The notes beneath the pieces were generated by a model. The model saw nothing but the letters and a program-made list of their open reading frames with translations, did no database searches and had not been told where the DNA came from. Position numbers and translations under genes: made by a program. DNA of 48,124 nt, taken from positions 1 through 48,124 of the forward strand of contig JBFKKL010000001.1 in the NCBI GenBank assembly GCA_041631255.1, written 5' to 3'. This DNA is from Candidatus Woesearchaeota archaeon (lineage in GTDB: Archaea > Nanobdellota > Nanobdellia > Woesearchaeales > UBA583). Of this stretch, positions 26,313-34,931 are shown in pieces (the stretch's first letter is position 1; each line of letters opens with the position of its first letter).

Positions 26313-26603
26313 ATGAACAACAAAGCAGAAATAAGCCCTGTAGTAGCAACAGCATTACTTCTTGTAGTTGCAGTAACTCTAGTAGTTGGATTTCAAGCAT
26401 GGTACAACACATTAAAATATGGAGAAGGACAACCAAGAATAGGAGACTTAATATTGAATACAACAATAGAGGGTGACATCTACAAATGTTTTTATCATGA
26501 TAAAGGGAGTATGAGATGTGAAATAAAGGAATGTTTCAAAATAGAGAATACAACATTTTGTGAGCAAAGTTATGAGAACAAATATTTCACTTTCCCAAAA
26601 TGA
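26313..26603 (+). CDS. Archaeal type IV pilin-like protein (class III signal peptide, DUF1628-like N-terminus)
   Basis: MNNKAEISPVVATALLLVVAVTLVVGF matches the archaeal pilin/archaellin N-terminal pattern. Cys-rich C-terminus. Confidence 0.6.
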   Translation: MNNKAEISPVVATALLLVVAVTLVVGFQAWYNTLKYGEGQPRIGDLILNTTIEGDIYKCFYHDKGSMRCEIKECFKIENTTFCEQSYENKYFTFPK

Positions 26604-26770
26604 CTAAATTTATTTTATATGAAATAGATGAAGAAATGCTAGAAGATTCAGCAGGTAAGTACGGCAAAATCAAACAAGGAACATTTCACAATAGACAAGA
26701 TGCCGAATCAAGAAGAAGACTTCTTTTAAGAACTTACAAGAATGTAAATTTAGTAATTGAGGAGAAATAA
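26600..26770 (+). CDS. Small hypothetical protein (56 aa)
   Basis: ATGA-coupled ORF below the track cut-off: MTKFILYEIDEEMLEDSAGKYGKIKQGTFHNRQDAESRRRLLLRTYKNVNLVIEEK. Confidence 0.5.
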   Translation: MTKFILYEIDEEMLEDSAGKYGKIKQGTFHNRQDAESRRRLLLRTYKNVNLVIEEK

Positions 26771-26785
26771 ATAAACCCTAAAAAC

Positions 26786-26815
26786 ATACTTTTATAAATA
26801 AACAAACCCTAATTC
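26786..26815 (+). promoter_or_regulatory. Promoter TACTTTTATAAATAAACAAACCCTAA
   Basis: TATA at 26791-26800, 22 nt before the ATG at 26823. Carries the ACAAACCCTA element. Confidence 0.6.
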
Positions 26816-26822
26816 TTTCTAA

Positions 26823-27023
26823 ATGAAACAAGGTTACAAAGAATGGACTAAAGAAGAAGAAGAAATTATCAAAAAGAATTTCAATAAGATAAAACGTTCA
26901 CAAGGTTCAAAGTATGAAGTTTTAAAGAAACTATTTGAAGAGAAAGGATTTGAAAGAACAAGTAAAGCAATTTACAGGAAATGTCAAAAGATGGGTTTAA
27001 AGAGTTTTGACAGGAGATGCTAA
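26823..27023 (+). CDS. Small Myb/SANT-like putative DNA-binding protein
   Basis: WTKEEEEIIKKNF....RTSKAIYRKCQKMGL resembles a single Myb/SANT repeat. Confidence 0.35.
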   Translation: MKQGYKEWTKEEEEIIKKNFNKIKRSQGSKYEVLKKLFEEKGFERTSKAIYRKCQKMGLKSFDRRC

Positions 27024-27024
27024 A

Positions 27025-27168
27025 ATGAATGATTACAAATATTGTAAAAACTGTGACAAGGAAGTGGAATATGATAGACAAGAGGCAGTACAATTAGGTT
27101 CACCTGAAACTTCTTGGGTTAATGTTTGCATAGAATGTGACGAGATAATTGAAGAGGAACAAGAATAA
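27025..27168 (+). CDS. Zinc-ribbon protein (47 aa)
   Basis: CKNC...CIEC. ORF below the track cut-off. Confidence 0.5.
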   Translation: MNDYKYCKNCDKEVEYDRQEAVQLGSPETSWVNVCIECDEIIEEEQE

Positions 27169-27296
27169 TGACAGATAAATGTATTATTTGTGGAAGTGAA
27201 GATATTGAACAAGTGCCTGTCTATAATAAATATTTGAATAGATATATTATGAAAACCACTTGCAATAATCCTTTTTGTTCCTTAGATAAAAGTTAA
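27168..27296 (+). CDS. Small Cys-containing protein (42 aa)
   Basis: TAATG overlap. MTDKCIICGSEDIEQ...TCNNPFCS. Confidence 0.45.
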   Translation: MTDKCIICGSEDIEQVPVYNKYLNRYIMKTTCNNPFCSLDKS

Positions 27297-27297
27297 A

Positions 27298-27558
27298 ATG
27301 ACAAAAATAATGCCACTAGGAAATGAAGAGATAAGAGAAAGTAAAGGCTATTTATTTGAATTTGAAGATTTCCTTTATTTCTGTGAACCTGAGATAGGGA
27401 ACTACAATAAAAAACTTAGACGTTATTTACTTTACAAGAAACAACTAGGTAAGAATAGATACGGTAAGAAACAGATAACTCAATTAGAATTTGTTGAAAT
27501 AGTTCAAGCATATGCAAAGTCGGTGAGAGAGAATGGGCAAGAGTCACAAAGGAGTTAA
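27298..27558 (+). CDS. Hypothetical protein (86 aa)
   Basis: ORF starting 2 nt after the previous stop. Confidence 0.55.
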   Translation: MTKIMPLGNEEIRESKGYLFEFEDFLYFCEPEIGNYNKKLRRYLLYKKQLGKNRYGKKQITQLEFVEIVQAYAKSVRENGQESQRS

Positions 27559-27871
27559 TAAAAATATTCCAAAAGAAATTACTTGTAAGAAGTGTAGAAA
27601 GATAGAAGTGAGAACTAGTAACGCTCAAAAGCAATGTAGAGAATGCAAACTAGATTTACTCTATAAGAGAAGAGTGGCAAAAAATTTAAGATTAGAATGT
27701 AATGTTTGTCACAAAATTTTCAAAGCAAGACAGAAAAATCAAAAGATATGTTCAAGACCCAAATGTTATTATGAATATTATCGGAAAAATAAAAAAGACA
27801 AAAAACTCTCTGAGAGCGAATTATTGAAACAAATTAAAGCACTTGGCTATAATGTGTCAAAAAAACCATAG
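27533..27871 (+). CDS. Basic multi-zinc-finger protein
   Basis: CKKC...CREC, CNVC...C..PKC. Confidence 0.55.
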   Translation: MGKSHKGVNKNIPKEITCKKCRKIEVRTSNAQKQCRECKLDLLYKRRVAKNLRLECNVCHKIFKARQKNQKICSRPKCYYEYYRKNKKDKKLSESELLKQIKALGYNVSKKP

Positions 27872-27953
27872 TGAACTCAGGAAAACGAAAACACTTGTTA
27901 AAAAGCCTATATCAAAGCATAGTTCTTGCGAACTTTCACAAAAATTACTAAAA

Positions 27954-27988
27954 TACACACTTTTATAAATAAAACAAACCCTATAAAC
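27954..27988 (+). promoter_or_regulatory. Promoter cassette ACACACTTTTATAAATAAAACAAACCCTATAAAC
   Basis: The first 29 nt are identical to 30012-30040. The ATG at 28002 follows. Confidence 0.7.
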
Positions 27989-28001
27989 ATACAGATTAAA
28001 A

Positions 28002-28328
28002 ATGATAGAAATATATGAAATAAGTTGTGATATGAGTTCAATGAAGATATTCTTTGGTACAGGAAGTTGTTTTTTTAGCAATAATCTTGGGGATGGAACA
28101 TACAAAGTAGAGATAGTGTTACGTAAATTAGTATGGTCTGAACCGAGCGATTGTGAATTTATTGGACATTTCACAGTATTGGAAAAGGCATATTTAATGA
28201 AATATGATTGTAGTATAGATGATGAAGATAAACTTTATACTTTTGAAAAAGGAAGATATTTTGTTTACTTTTCACAACAAGAACAAAGATATTATATAGT
28301 TTTAGAAGATGATTCAACCAATGCGTAG
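28002..28328 (+). CDS. Hypothetical protein (108 aa)
   Basis: First ORF after the promoter cassette. Confidence 0.55.
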   Translation: MIEIYEISCDMSSMKIFFGTGSCFFSNNLGDGTYKVEIVLRKLVWSEPSDCEFIGHFTVLEKAYLMKYDCSIDDEDKLYTFEKGRYFVYFSQQEQRYYIVLEDDSTNA

Positions 28329-28599
28329 AGAAATGGAAGGAAGAAAGGTATTAGGTTTCATAATTGTCTTTTTGTTCTGTATATTTTCATCATACAATAT
28401 TGCAGAATGGAATTACGAGAGAAAAATCAATAGCATCGAGACAAATTTCGATGAACAAATCGAGGATATAAGAACACTTATTGAGTACGATGCACCAAAA
28501 GAGCAGGTCTTAGAACAACTAGATTCTTTAGAACAGCAGATTAAATTTCAGCAATCGTTCTTTTTAGAGGAGGCAGAATACAATGTCGTTTATGAATAA
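28309..28599 (+). CDS. Small membrane-anchored protein
   Basis: TM VLGFIIVFLFCIFSSY. The start could instead be the ATG at 28321. Confidence 0.5.
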   Translation: MIQPMRREMEGRKVLGFIIVFLFCIFSSYNIAEWNYERKINSIETNFDEQIEDIRTLIEYDAPKEQVLEQLDSLEQQIKFQQSFFLEEAEYNVVYE

Positions 28600-29758
28600 T
28601 TTAATGATAAATTACATATTCGGGTTTTCAGTATTCGCATCATTATTATGGTTCTATTATTATTTCGGACTATATTTCTTATCAACACCCACACCAACTA
28701 AGAAGTATAAAGGCAGAAAAGCGTTAATAGTTCCTGTTTATAACGAGAACTCCAAAGAACTAACTGACACAATCAATTCAGTTAAAAGAGTTAGACATGA
28801 GTTTGATGCAATACTTTTCGTCAATGACGGTTCAACAAACGATGTGGCAGAGGTTCTAAAGAAGAATCTTGAAGAGAAAGAATATTATAATATGTTCAGG
28901 AACAGAGGTAAAAGGGAAGCACAAGCGAAAGGAATACAATTATTAACAGACTGTTATGGTAAAGATTATTTCGATTCATTCGTTATGATGGACTCAGACA
29001 CAGTTTTAACAAGAACTTCTGTAAGAAATTTATGTAGAAAAATGGTATTTGAAGATGTTGGGGGCGTTACAGCACAGATTCTAGTTAAGAACAAAACAAC
29101 TAATTTCTTAACAAGATGTATGAGTGCAATGTATTGGAGTTCAAGTAACATTTGGCGTCAAGCACCTGCCAATTACGGTTACCAACAAGTAATGAACGGA
29201 CAATTAACAGTTTACAGGGCAAAACCCATTATAGAACTTTTACCTAAATATATAACACAAACATTTAGGGGCGTTAAATGTACTTATTCAGATGATAGAT
29301 GGCTCACACATCATTTACAAACAGATTTCGGATTAAGAATGGAATACGAGCGAGAGGCAATTGCATACACTTATGTTCCTGAAACATTCAAAGGTGCATG
29401 GAAAATGCTCATGCGTTGGAAGAAGGGAAGTTTAAGGGAGACTCTTTTAGTTACTAAACATTTTTTCAGGAAACCTCTTTTAGTTTTAGATTGTTGGTGG
29501 AATCATTTAGTTTCAATAGGTCAATTAATAATTAGAATAATTGTTGTAGTGATAGCGTTCTCGTTCCCGTTAGTATTATTATATTATTTTATGATAATTG
29601 CAATGATAAGTGTCGTTTATGGTTTCGACATGTTAATTAGAAATCCAAAAGAGATTCCATATAGAGTTGGTTGGAGTTTCCTGAACGAGTTCTATTTTGG
29701 GTTCATCATAGTTGGAGCGATATTTGGATTGCAGAGACAATCTTGGGAAACAAGATGA
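28583..29758 (+). CDS. Processive family-2 glycosyltransferase (hyaluronan/chitin/NodC-synthase-like)
   Basis: LIVPVYNE, FVNDGSTND, MMDSDT, SDDRWLTHHL (compare GDDRHLT in class I hyaluronan synthases), MRWKKGSLRE (Q/RxxRW-type). N- and C-terminal TM helices. Confidence 0.8.
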   Translation: MSFMNNLMINYIFGFSVFASLLWFYYYFGLYFLSTPTPTKKYKGRKALIVPVYNENSKELTDTINSVKRVRHEFDAILFVNDGSTNDVAEVLKKNLEEKEYYNMFRNRGKREAQAKGIQLLTDCYGKDYFDSFVMMDSDTVLTRTSVRNLCRKMVFEDVGGVTAQILVKNKTTNFLTRCMSAMYWSSSNIWRQAPANYGYQQVMNGQLTVYRAKPIIELLPKYITQTFRGVKCTYSDDRWLTHHLQTDFGLRMEYEREAIAYTYVPETFKGAWKMLMRWKKGSLRETLLVTKHFFRKPLLVLDCWWNHLVSIGQLIIRIIVVVIAFSFPLVLLYYFMIIAMISVVYGFDMLIRNPKEIPYRVGWSFLNEFYFGFIIVGAIFGLQRQSWETR

Positions 29759-30009
29759 AATTAATTAGATTCAAATCATTACCTGAATATTGGAATAAAG
29801 AACGAATAGGTCTAAAAAAGAATACATTAAGAAAAGTAGACATGGGGGAAAACAAATTCAAAATGCTCGAAGAATGGGAAAAAATAATGAAAGACGGTCA
29901 TTTTATATTTTTCATTGAAATAACAAACACTGAAACAAAAGAATCTTTCAGGAAAAGAATTACCGATATAACTTTCTATAAAGGTTGGGTTATAATAAGT
30001 TGGATATAA
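29755..30009 (+). CDS. Hypothetical protein (84 aa)
   Basis: ATGA-coupled to the GT2 gene. The 5' extension in the track is an artefact. Confidence 0.5.
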   Translation: MKLIRFKSLPEYWNKERIGLKKNTLRKVDMGENKFKMLEEWEKIMKDGHFIFFIEITNTETKESFRKRITDITFYKGWVIISWI

Positions 30010-30011
30010 AC

Positions 30012-30046
30012 ACACACTTTTATAAATAAAACAAACCCTAAAATAC
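30012..30046 (+). promoter_or_regulatory. Promoter cassette ACACACTTTTATAAATAAAACAAACCCTAAAATAC
   Basis: Near-exact copy of 27954-27988 and of 4652-4686 on the minus strand. Confidence 0.7.
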
Positions 30047-30080
30047 TATTGAGTTATCAAGGCTCAATTTCAATTAAAAA

Positions 30081-30530
30081 ATGTCAGAAGAGAATTTAGA
30101 ATTTAGAGCATTATTAAAGAAGAAAATCGGCAACGAATTATCATTTGAAGAATTTAAGACAAGGCAAGAACTCAAAGTTTTAATGTCGAGTAAGAAGAAC
30201 TTCAATATGCAAGTTGGAAGTATGTACAGAATTGTTGTAGGTCAAGATGACAAGAACAATATGTGGCTTAACGAGAGAATACTTTTAGAATTAGTCACTA
30301 AAGAGGATTTAGGGATTCCTGAAACAAAAAAGGAATTAGAGATAGAAAAACCTAAATCAGTATCAGAATTCTCACAATTCCATACAGACAAGAGAACTGC
30401 TTTACTCTCAGCAATAGATTTCCATAAAGGAAAAAGTAAAACATATACAGAAGAACAAGTGAAAGGAACTTATTTGAAGTTTTTACATATGCTATTGACA
30501 ACAGGAGTAAAGAAAGATGGCGAAGAATAA
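30081..30530 (+). CDS. Hypothetical protein (149 aa)
   Basis: ORF only. Confidence 0.55.
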   Translation: MSEENLEFRALLKKKIGNELSFEEFKTRQELKVLMSSKKNFNMQVGSMYRIVVGQDDKNNMWLNERILLELVTKEDLGIPETKKELEIEKPKSVSEFSQFHTDKRTALLSAIDFHKGKSKTYTEEQVKGTYLKFLHMLLTTGVKKDGEE

Positions 30531-30903
30531 AATCATCAAAGGGTTCTTGGGCAGGAAAATCATGGTAAGCCACATCAAGACTAGAGTAATTCTAGGCGAG
30601 ATTCAAGGCGTGGAAGATGGTTGTTATCTATTAAAAACCTTATCGGGAATCCAAAAGATATTCAGGTTAGCAGTTGTAGGGGTACAGAATTTCCCTGACA
30701 GTGAAGTTTCAAGATTAGTTGTTAGAATGCCAAGTTTATCGACAGGAATAATTGAAGATTGCGATGAATTAAGCATTTTACTTAAGATTGGAGATAACCG
30801 AAACGAAGGCAAACATTACAATACTGTAATCACATTGAACTCAATTGAAGGTTACAAAGTTTTAGATTACGATGAAGATTTAGAAGGAGACAGTGAAATA
30901 TGA
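30517..30903 (+). CDS. Hypothetical protein (128 aa), possibly an Sm-like beta-barrel
   Basis: FLGRKIMVSHIKTRVILGEIQGVEDGCYLL is a weak Sm-like pattern. Confidence 0.4.
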   Translation: MAKNKIIKGFLGRKIMVSHIKTRVILGEIQGVEDGCYLLKTLSGIQKIFRLAVVGVQNFPDSEVSRLVVRMPSLSTGIIEDCDELSILLKIGDNRNEGKHYNTVITLNSIEGYKVLDYDEDLEGDSEI

Positions 30904-31472
30904 TATTAAATAATATAATTAGAATAAAGAACAAATACAATTCCAAATATTACGAAGGAATGGAAAAAGCAGAATTAAAGCATACAATTAAACTTCTGTT
31001 AACAGAATTAGATAGTGTGTGTAAAGGCACAAACGATACAAGCGTTTGTGATAGTTGCGGTCAAAAGAAACCAAAGATAATGAAATATGGGTTAAGTAAG
31101 AATTTAATTAAAGTACTTTGGACAATTAGAGATTTATCATTTGAGAAAGGTCACATGAAAACTGAAGAACTCTATGATATAAACAATAAAGGTTCTAATA
31201 CAGCATTTCTAACACAACTAAAATATTTCGGATTAGTACAACCACATTACGATATGCACGAGACAAAGAAAGAATCTCAACGTAGTGGTAAATGGAAAAT
31301 AACTTTGAAAGGAGAATATTTCTTGAAAGGCAAAGGATTTTGCGAGAAATGGGTAGAAGTTGTGAATCAATCAGTTTTAGAAAAAGGTTCAGAAATAAAT
31401 ATCTTTGACAAATACTTGAAATGGAAAACGGAAGACGAGATTTGGAAATTCTTGAAAGGTGAAGAAGCATGA
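30900..31472 (+). CDS. CxxC plus winged-helix-like putative DNA-binding protein
   Basis: VCDSCGQ, then FLTQLKYFGLV...GKWKITLKGEYFLKG. Confidence 0.4.
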   Translation: MILNNIIRIKNKYNSKYYEGMEKAELKHTIKLLLTELDSVCKGTNDTSVCDSCGQKKPKIMKYGLSKNLIKVLWTIRDLSFEKGHMKTEELYDINNKGSNTAFLTQLKYFGLVQPHYDMHETKKESQRSGKWKITLKGEYFLKGKGFCEKWVEVVNQSVLEKGSEINIFDKYLKWKTEDEIWKFLKGEEA

Positions 31473-31642
31473 AACATATAGCAATAAATATTTTATCAGG
31501 AATTTTAATAATGATTGCAACTATACTTAATCCTTACAAGACAGGATTATCTTTAATTTTCTTGTTAATTGCTTTTGGGTTTCTATCTTACACAGGTTCA
31601 AAAGCCGATGAGTACAAAGAGAGGTTAAAGAAATATGAATAG
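31469..31642 (+). CDS. Small two-TM protein (57 aa)
   Basis: ATGA-coupled ORF below the track cut-off. Replaces the antisense track ORF 31527..31826. Confidence 0.5.
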   Translation: MKHIAINILSGILIMIATILNPYKTGLSLIFLLIAFGFLSYTGSKADEYKERLKKYE

Positions 31643-31751
31643 ATACAGTATCTTTGATGAACAGAACAATTTCATAGAAACTAAAGAGATGTCTGAAGAA
31701 GATGCAATTGCAATGGCAATTCAAGGTTACAAGTGTGTTAAGGAAGAATGA
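31635..31751 (+). CDS. Tiny protein (38 aa)
   Basis: Overlap-coupled on both sides. Confidence 0.4.
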   Translation: MNRYSIFDEQNNFIETKEMSEEDAIAMAIQGYKCVKEE

Positions 31752-31951
31752 AACCAACAGAAAGAGAATTTGAGAGATTAGAAGATTTACTTGATAGAAG
31801 TAGGATAGTAAAAACTCAATCTTCAATTGATGAACTTAACAATTACAAATCTTATTTAATGTTAAAGTATGAGATGAGCACCGAACAAGATTTACTTCTG
31901 AATTGGTGGGAAAGACAATTAGAGATATTACAATACGAAAATAAAAGATGA
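31748..31951 (+). CDS. Small hypothetical protein
   Basis: ATGA overlaps on both sides. Confidence 0.55.
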   Translation: MKPTEREFERLEDLLDRSRIVKTQSSIDELNNYKSYLMLKYEMSTEQDLLLNWWERQLEILQYENKR

Positions 31952-33333
31952 AAAAAGATAAAGTTATTGCTCAGATATATTCAACAAGTGACATTTATAA
32001 TCTTAAAGTGAAGATTCTTTCAGACAAAGTAAACAATTTCGATTTTCTAAGAATCAAACATAAGAAGTATGGATATGTTTTAGCACAGATAATGAACATA
32101 CAAAGAAACACTCAAAACGAGATGATTGGGTTTTGTAAAATAATCGGTTACAGAAAAGATTCTAAACTTCTTTCAATTAGACAACCTTTTGAAACTAACG
32201 CAGAAATTGAACTAGCAAATGACGAGTTCATCGAACACACATTAGGTTTTAACAGAGTGGAAGGTGCAATGATAGGACATTTATCGTTCAAAGATAAACT
32301 AAAAATCAACTTACCTCTAAAAGATTTGTTAACAAAACATATTTCTATTCTTGCTAAATCGGGGTCAGGTAAATCTTATACAGTGGGCGTTCTTTTAGAA
32401 GAGATAATCAAACATAACATACCAATAGTTGTTTTAGACTTACACAATGAATATCATTCATTACGATTCAAGAACCAAGATAAACAACAATTAGAATCAT
32501 TAAAGAAATTCAATTTATCTGCAAAAGGTTTCAATAATGAAGTTAAGATTTGGAGTCCAAGACCTGAACAAGATTACGAGAATCAATTACTTTTAAGTAT
32601 AGAGAACTTGAACAGCGACAGATTATTCGATTCATTGATTAATCCATTAAGTCATTCATCTAAATCTCTAATACATAATGTTTTGTCGGGCATGAACAAT
32701 CAAATTAACATAGATGAATTGATATTCCATCTCTCAAATGAAGAGACAAACACTAAATGGACAATCATCTCAGCGTTAGAGGAATTAAAGAAAACTAGAA
32801 TCTTTTCCAATAAAGGAACTCCATTAAATGAGATTGTAAAACATAGACAGGCATCGATAATTAATTTGAAAGGAATACCTCACTCAATTACAGAAACATT
32901 CGTTATGAACCTTCTAACAGATTTATTTCAAGCAAGAAAGAAAGAAGAGATACCTCCATTTTTACTTGTTGTAGAAGAAAGTCACAATTTTTGCTCTGAA
33001 CTAAATTTAGGTAAAAAGAAAACAAATGACATTATCACAACTATTGCAAGTGAAGGGAGAAAGTTCGGTTTAGGTTTATGTGTTATCTCTCAAAGAGCAA
33101 GTAAGGTCAATAAGAACGTCTTGAGTCAATGCAATACACAAATTATTATGAATATAGTAAATGAACGTGACATTAAGGCAGTAATAAATTCCTCTGAAGG
33201 ATTAGACACAGACACAGGAAATGAAATACAAAGATTGGAAGTAGGTTCATGTATTCTAGCAGGATTAATGTCAACACCATTAAAGATTAAAGTTAGACCT
33301 AGACAATCTAGGCATGGAGGAGACGTACAATGA
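31948..33333 (+). CDS. HerA-like (FtsK/HerA superfamily, DUF87-type) ATPase
   Basis: Walker A LAKSGSGKSYTVG, followed by IPIVVLDLHNEYH. Walker B FLLVVEESHNF. ISQRAS sensor-like motif. N-terminal barrel-like region. Confidence 0.75.
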   Translation: MKKDKVIAQIYSTSDIYNLKVKILSDKVNNFDFLRIKHKKYGYVLAQIMNIQRNTQNEMIGFCKIIGYRKDSKLLSIRQPFETNAEIELANDEFIEHTLGFNRVEGAMIGHLSFKDKLKINLPLKDLLTKHISILAKSGSGKSYTVGVLLEEIIKHNIPIVVLDLHNEYHSLRFKNQDKQQLESLKKFNLSAKGFNNEVKIWSPRPEQDYENQLLLSIENLNSDRLFDSLINPLSHSSKSLIHNVLSGMNNQINIDELIFHLSNEETNTKWTIISALEELKKTRIFSNKGTPLNEIVKHRQASIINLKGIPHSITETFVMNLLTDLFQARKKEEIPPFLLVVEESHNFCSELNLGKKKTNDIITTIASEGRKFGLGLCVISQRASKVNKNVLSQCNTQIIMNIVNERDIKAVINSSEGLDTDTGNEIQRLEVGSCILAGLMSTPLKIKVRPRQSRHGGDVQ

Positions 33334-33521
33334 TGATGAGTAAAGAGAATCAAATATTTGAAGACGAAAAAGGAATCTATTATAGAGTTCCAATGAGCAC
33401 AATTAACAGTTACCAATATTTTGTCAGGAAGAAAACAAACGGATTCATGACTCTTAAAGCAAAGAAAGTAAGTGTTCATGACTTTAATGAATTATTAATA
33501 AACAAACTAAAAGAAAAATGA
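33330..33521 (+). CDS. Small hypothetical protein
   Basis: ATGA-coupled ORF. Confidence 0.5.
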   Translation: MMMSKENQIFEDEKGIYYRVPMSTINSYQYFVRKKTNGFMTLKAKKVSVHDFNELLINKLKEK

Positions 33522-33736
33522 AATACATGAGTAAAAGACCAAAACGAATCAGATTAGGGAATAAGTTATTCGAATTTAAGAAAGAAGTAACAATCGAGGA
33601 GAAAGAGAAAATTCAGAAGAATAACTTATTAACAAGCCATTACTATTTCGTTAGAAAGAAGAATTATCATAGTGGCGGAGAGTTTGAAATGTACTTACTC
33701 AGAAAAGATATGTCACTACATCACAGGAAGTTTTGA
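33518..33736 (+). CDS. Small basic hypothetical protein
   Basis: ATGA-coupled ORF. Confidence 0.5.
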   Translation: MKYMSKRPKRIRLGNKLFEFKKEVTIEEKEKIQKNNLLTSHYYFVRKKNYHSGGEFEMYLLRKDMSLHHRKF

Positions 33737-33800
33737 ACAAACCCTAAAACGATAGGTTTATAAATGAACAAACCCTAAGACAAGTAAGGTTAAACAAACC
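33737..33800 (+). promoter_or_regulatory. Promoter with three ACAAACCC(T/C)A elements flanking the TATA GTTTATAAATG
   Basis: GAACAAACCCTAAAAC, TATA at 33757-33766, GAACAAACCCTAAG, TAAACAAACCCCATAAATG. Confidence 0.55.
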
Positions 33801-33813
33801 CCATAAATGAACA

Positions 33814-33990
33814 ATGACAAAGATAAAAAAATTAAATGGTTGGATTGGCTTTGAGGACAATTCTTTAGTAATAAAAAGAACAGGCACGTCATTATTAATC
33901 GACACTTTAGGAATTGGAACTAACAGAGAAAGAATAATTGTTGAAGAATATAAACTAAGAAAACTTTTGGAGGAGTTAGATAACAAATGA
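33814..33990 (+). CDS. Small hypothetical protein (58 aa)
   Basis: Plus-strand ORF below the track cut-off. Replaces the antisense track ORF 33744..33986. Confidence 0.5.
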   Translation: MTKIKKLNGWIGFEDNSLVIKRTGTSLLIDTLGIGTNRERIIVEEYKLRKLLEELDNK

Positions 33991-34124
33991 AAACTCTACA
34001 TAAATTAATATTAGGAACGAATAAAGAACTTAGAGCAGTTAGAAGATTAATTGAAAAACTTTTAAGAAGATTCTTTGGAATAATCAAACCTGCAAAGATT
34101 TGGTATCATGAGGTGAAAGAATAA
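33987..34124 (+). CDS. Small basic protein (45 aa)
   Basis: ATGA-coupled. Confidence 0.4.
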   Translation: MKTLHKLILGTNKELRAVRRLIEKLLRRFFGIIKPAKIWYHEVKE

Positions 34125-34286
34125 ATGACAACTAGAACTGTTAGATGTGAATGTGGTACAAGATGGAGATTCCACAATGTAGAAAATCAAAATAGGTTGA
34201 TTGCTAAATGTGGTGATTGTGGAAAAACTATTTCAAGATTAGTTACAAAAGAGTTCGGAAGAATTCATATCAAAAAAGAAAAATGA
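34125..34286 (+). CDS. Zinc-ribbon protein (53 aa)
   Basis: CEC...CGDC. Confidence 0.5.
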   Translation: MTTRTVRCECGTRWRFHNVENQNRLIAKCGDCGKTISRLVTKEFGRIHIKKEK

Positions 34287-34654
34287 ACAAGATAGAACAA
34301 GTAGATAAAATAATTGAACAAACTAAGAAGAAATTAAATCTTTTAGAAGAGTTAAAAAAAGCAATACAAATTGAAGATTTAAAGAAAAAGCATGGTGGTG
34401 GCAATTTATTTTCATGTACAAAAGATAATGTAAAACTATTGTTTTTCAAAAAAGATGAAAACAGAGGCTTAACAATAGCAATTAGTAATGTGATATTTGA
34501 TGCATATAAAAAAGGTTTAAGAGAATATGATTGGAACAGCATTAAAGAGTTCATTAGGAAGAACAATATTAGTTATGAGGGCTCAATGTTAAAAACTCAA
34601 TATGAACAGGAAATCATGGACAATATAAATATTGTAGAGATGGTGGAGGCTTAA
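34283..34654 (+). CDS. Hypothetical protein (123 aa)
   Basis: The ATG at 34283 is ATGA-coupled. The track start at 34217 overlaps the upstream gene. Confidence 0.55.
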   Translation: MNKIEQVDKIIEQTKKKLNLLEELKKAIQIEDLKKKHGGGNLFSCTKDNVKLLFFKKDENRGLTIAISNVIFDAYKKGLREYDWNSIKEFIRKNNISYEGSMLKTQYEQEIMDNINIVEMVEA

Positions 34655-34655
34655 A

Positions 34656-34931
34656 ATGAATCTTTCAGTAACACAGCAATTGGACAGACCGACTTTAGAG
34701 AAAGCAATTGCAGATTGGGCAACACATAGACTAGATGAATCAAAAGAGATGTTCGGTCTTGAAAGGTTCGAGGCTACACATTTAAGACTCCTATATCACA
34801 CATTACATAACGGAGGACATTACGATGGAGTTCCTACGAGTGCATATGTTGCAACAATGATTGAATGTTACAAGTTCAATGAAAAAGAAGCAGAGATATT
34901 AGTAAATTTCTTGAAGAGGTACGAAAAATGA
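34656..34931 (+). CDS. Hypothetical protein
   Basis: ORF only. Confidence 0.55.
   Translation: MNLSVTQQLDRPTLEKAIADWATHRLDESKEMFGLERFEATHLRLLYHTLHNGGHYDGVPTSAYVATMIECYKFNEKEAEILVNFLKRYEK

Noticed and set aside
31527-31826. Minus-strand ORFs 31527..31826, 33744..33986, 36711..36920 (plus strand within a minus-strand block) and 40039..40230.
   Set aside because: Each is replaced by short same-strand ORFs that fit the local ATGA/TAATG coupling pattern: 31469..31642 with 31635..31751, 33814..33990, 36841..36996, and 40030..40176 with a strong GGAGG site.
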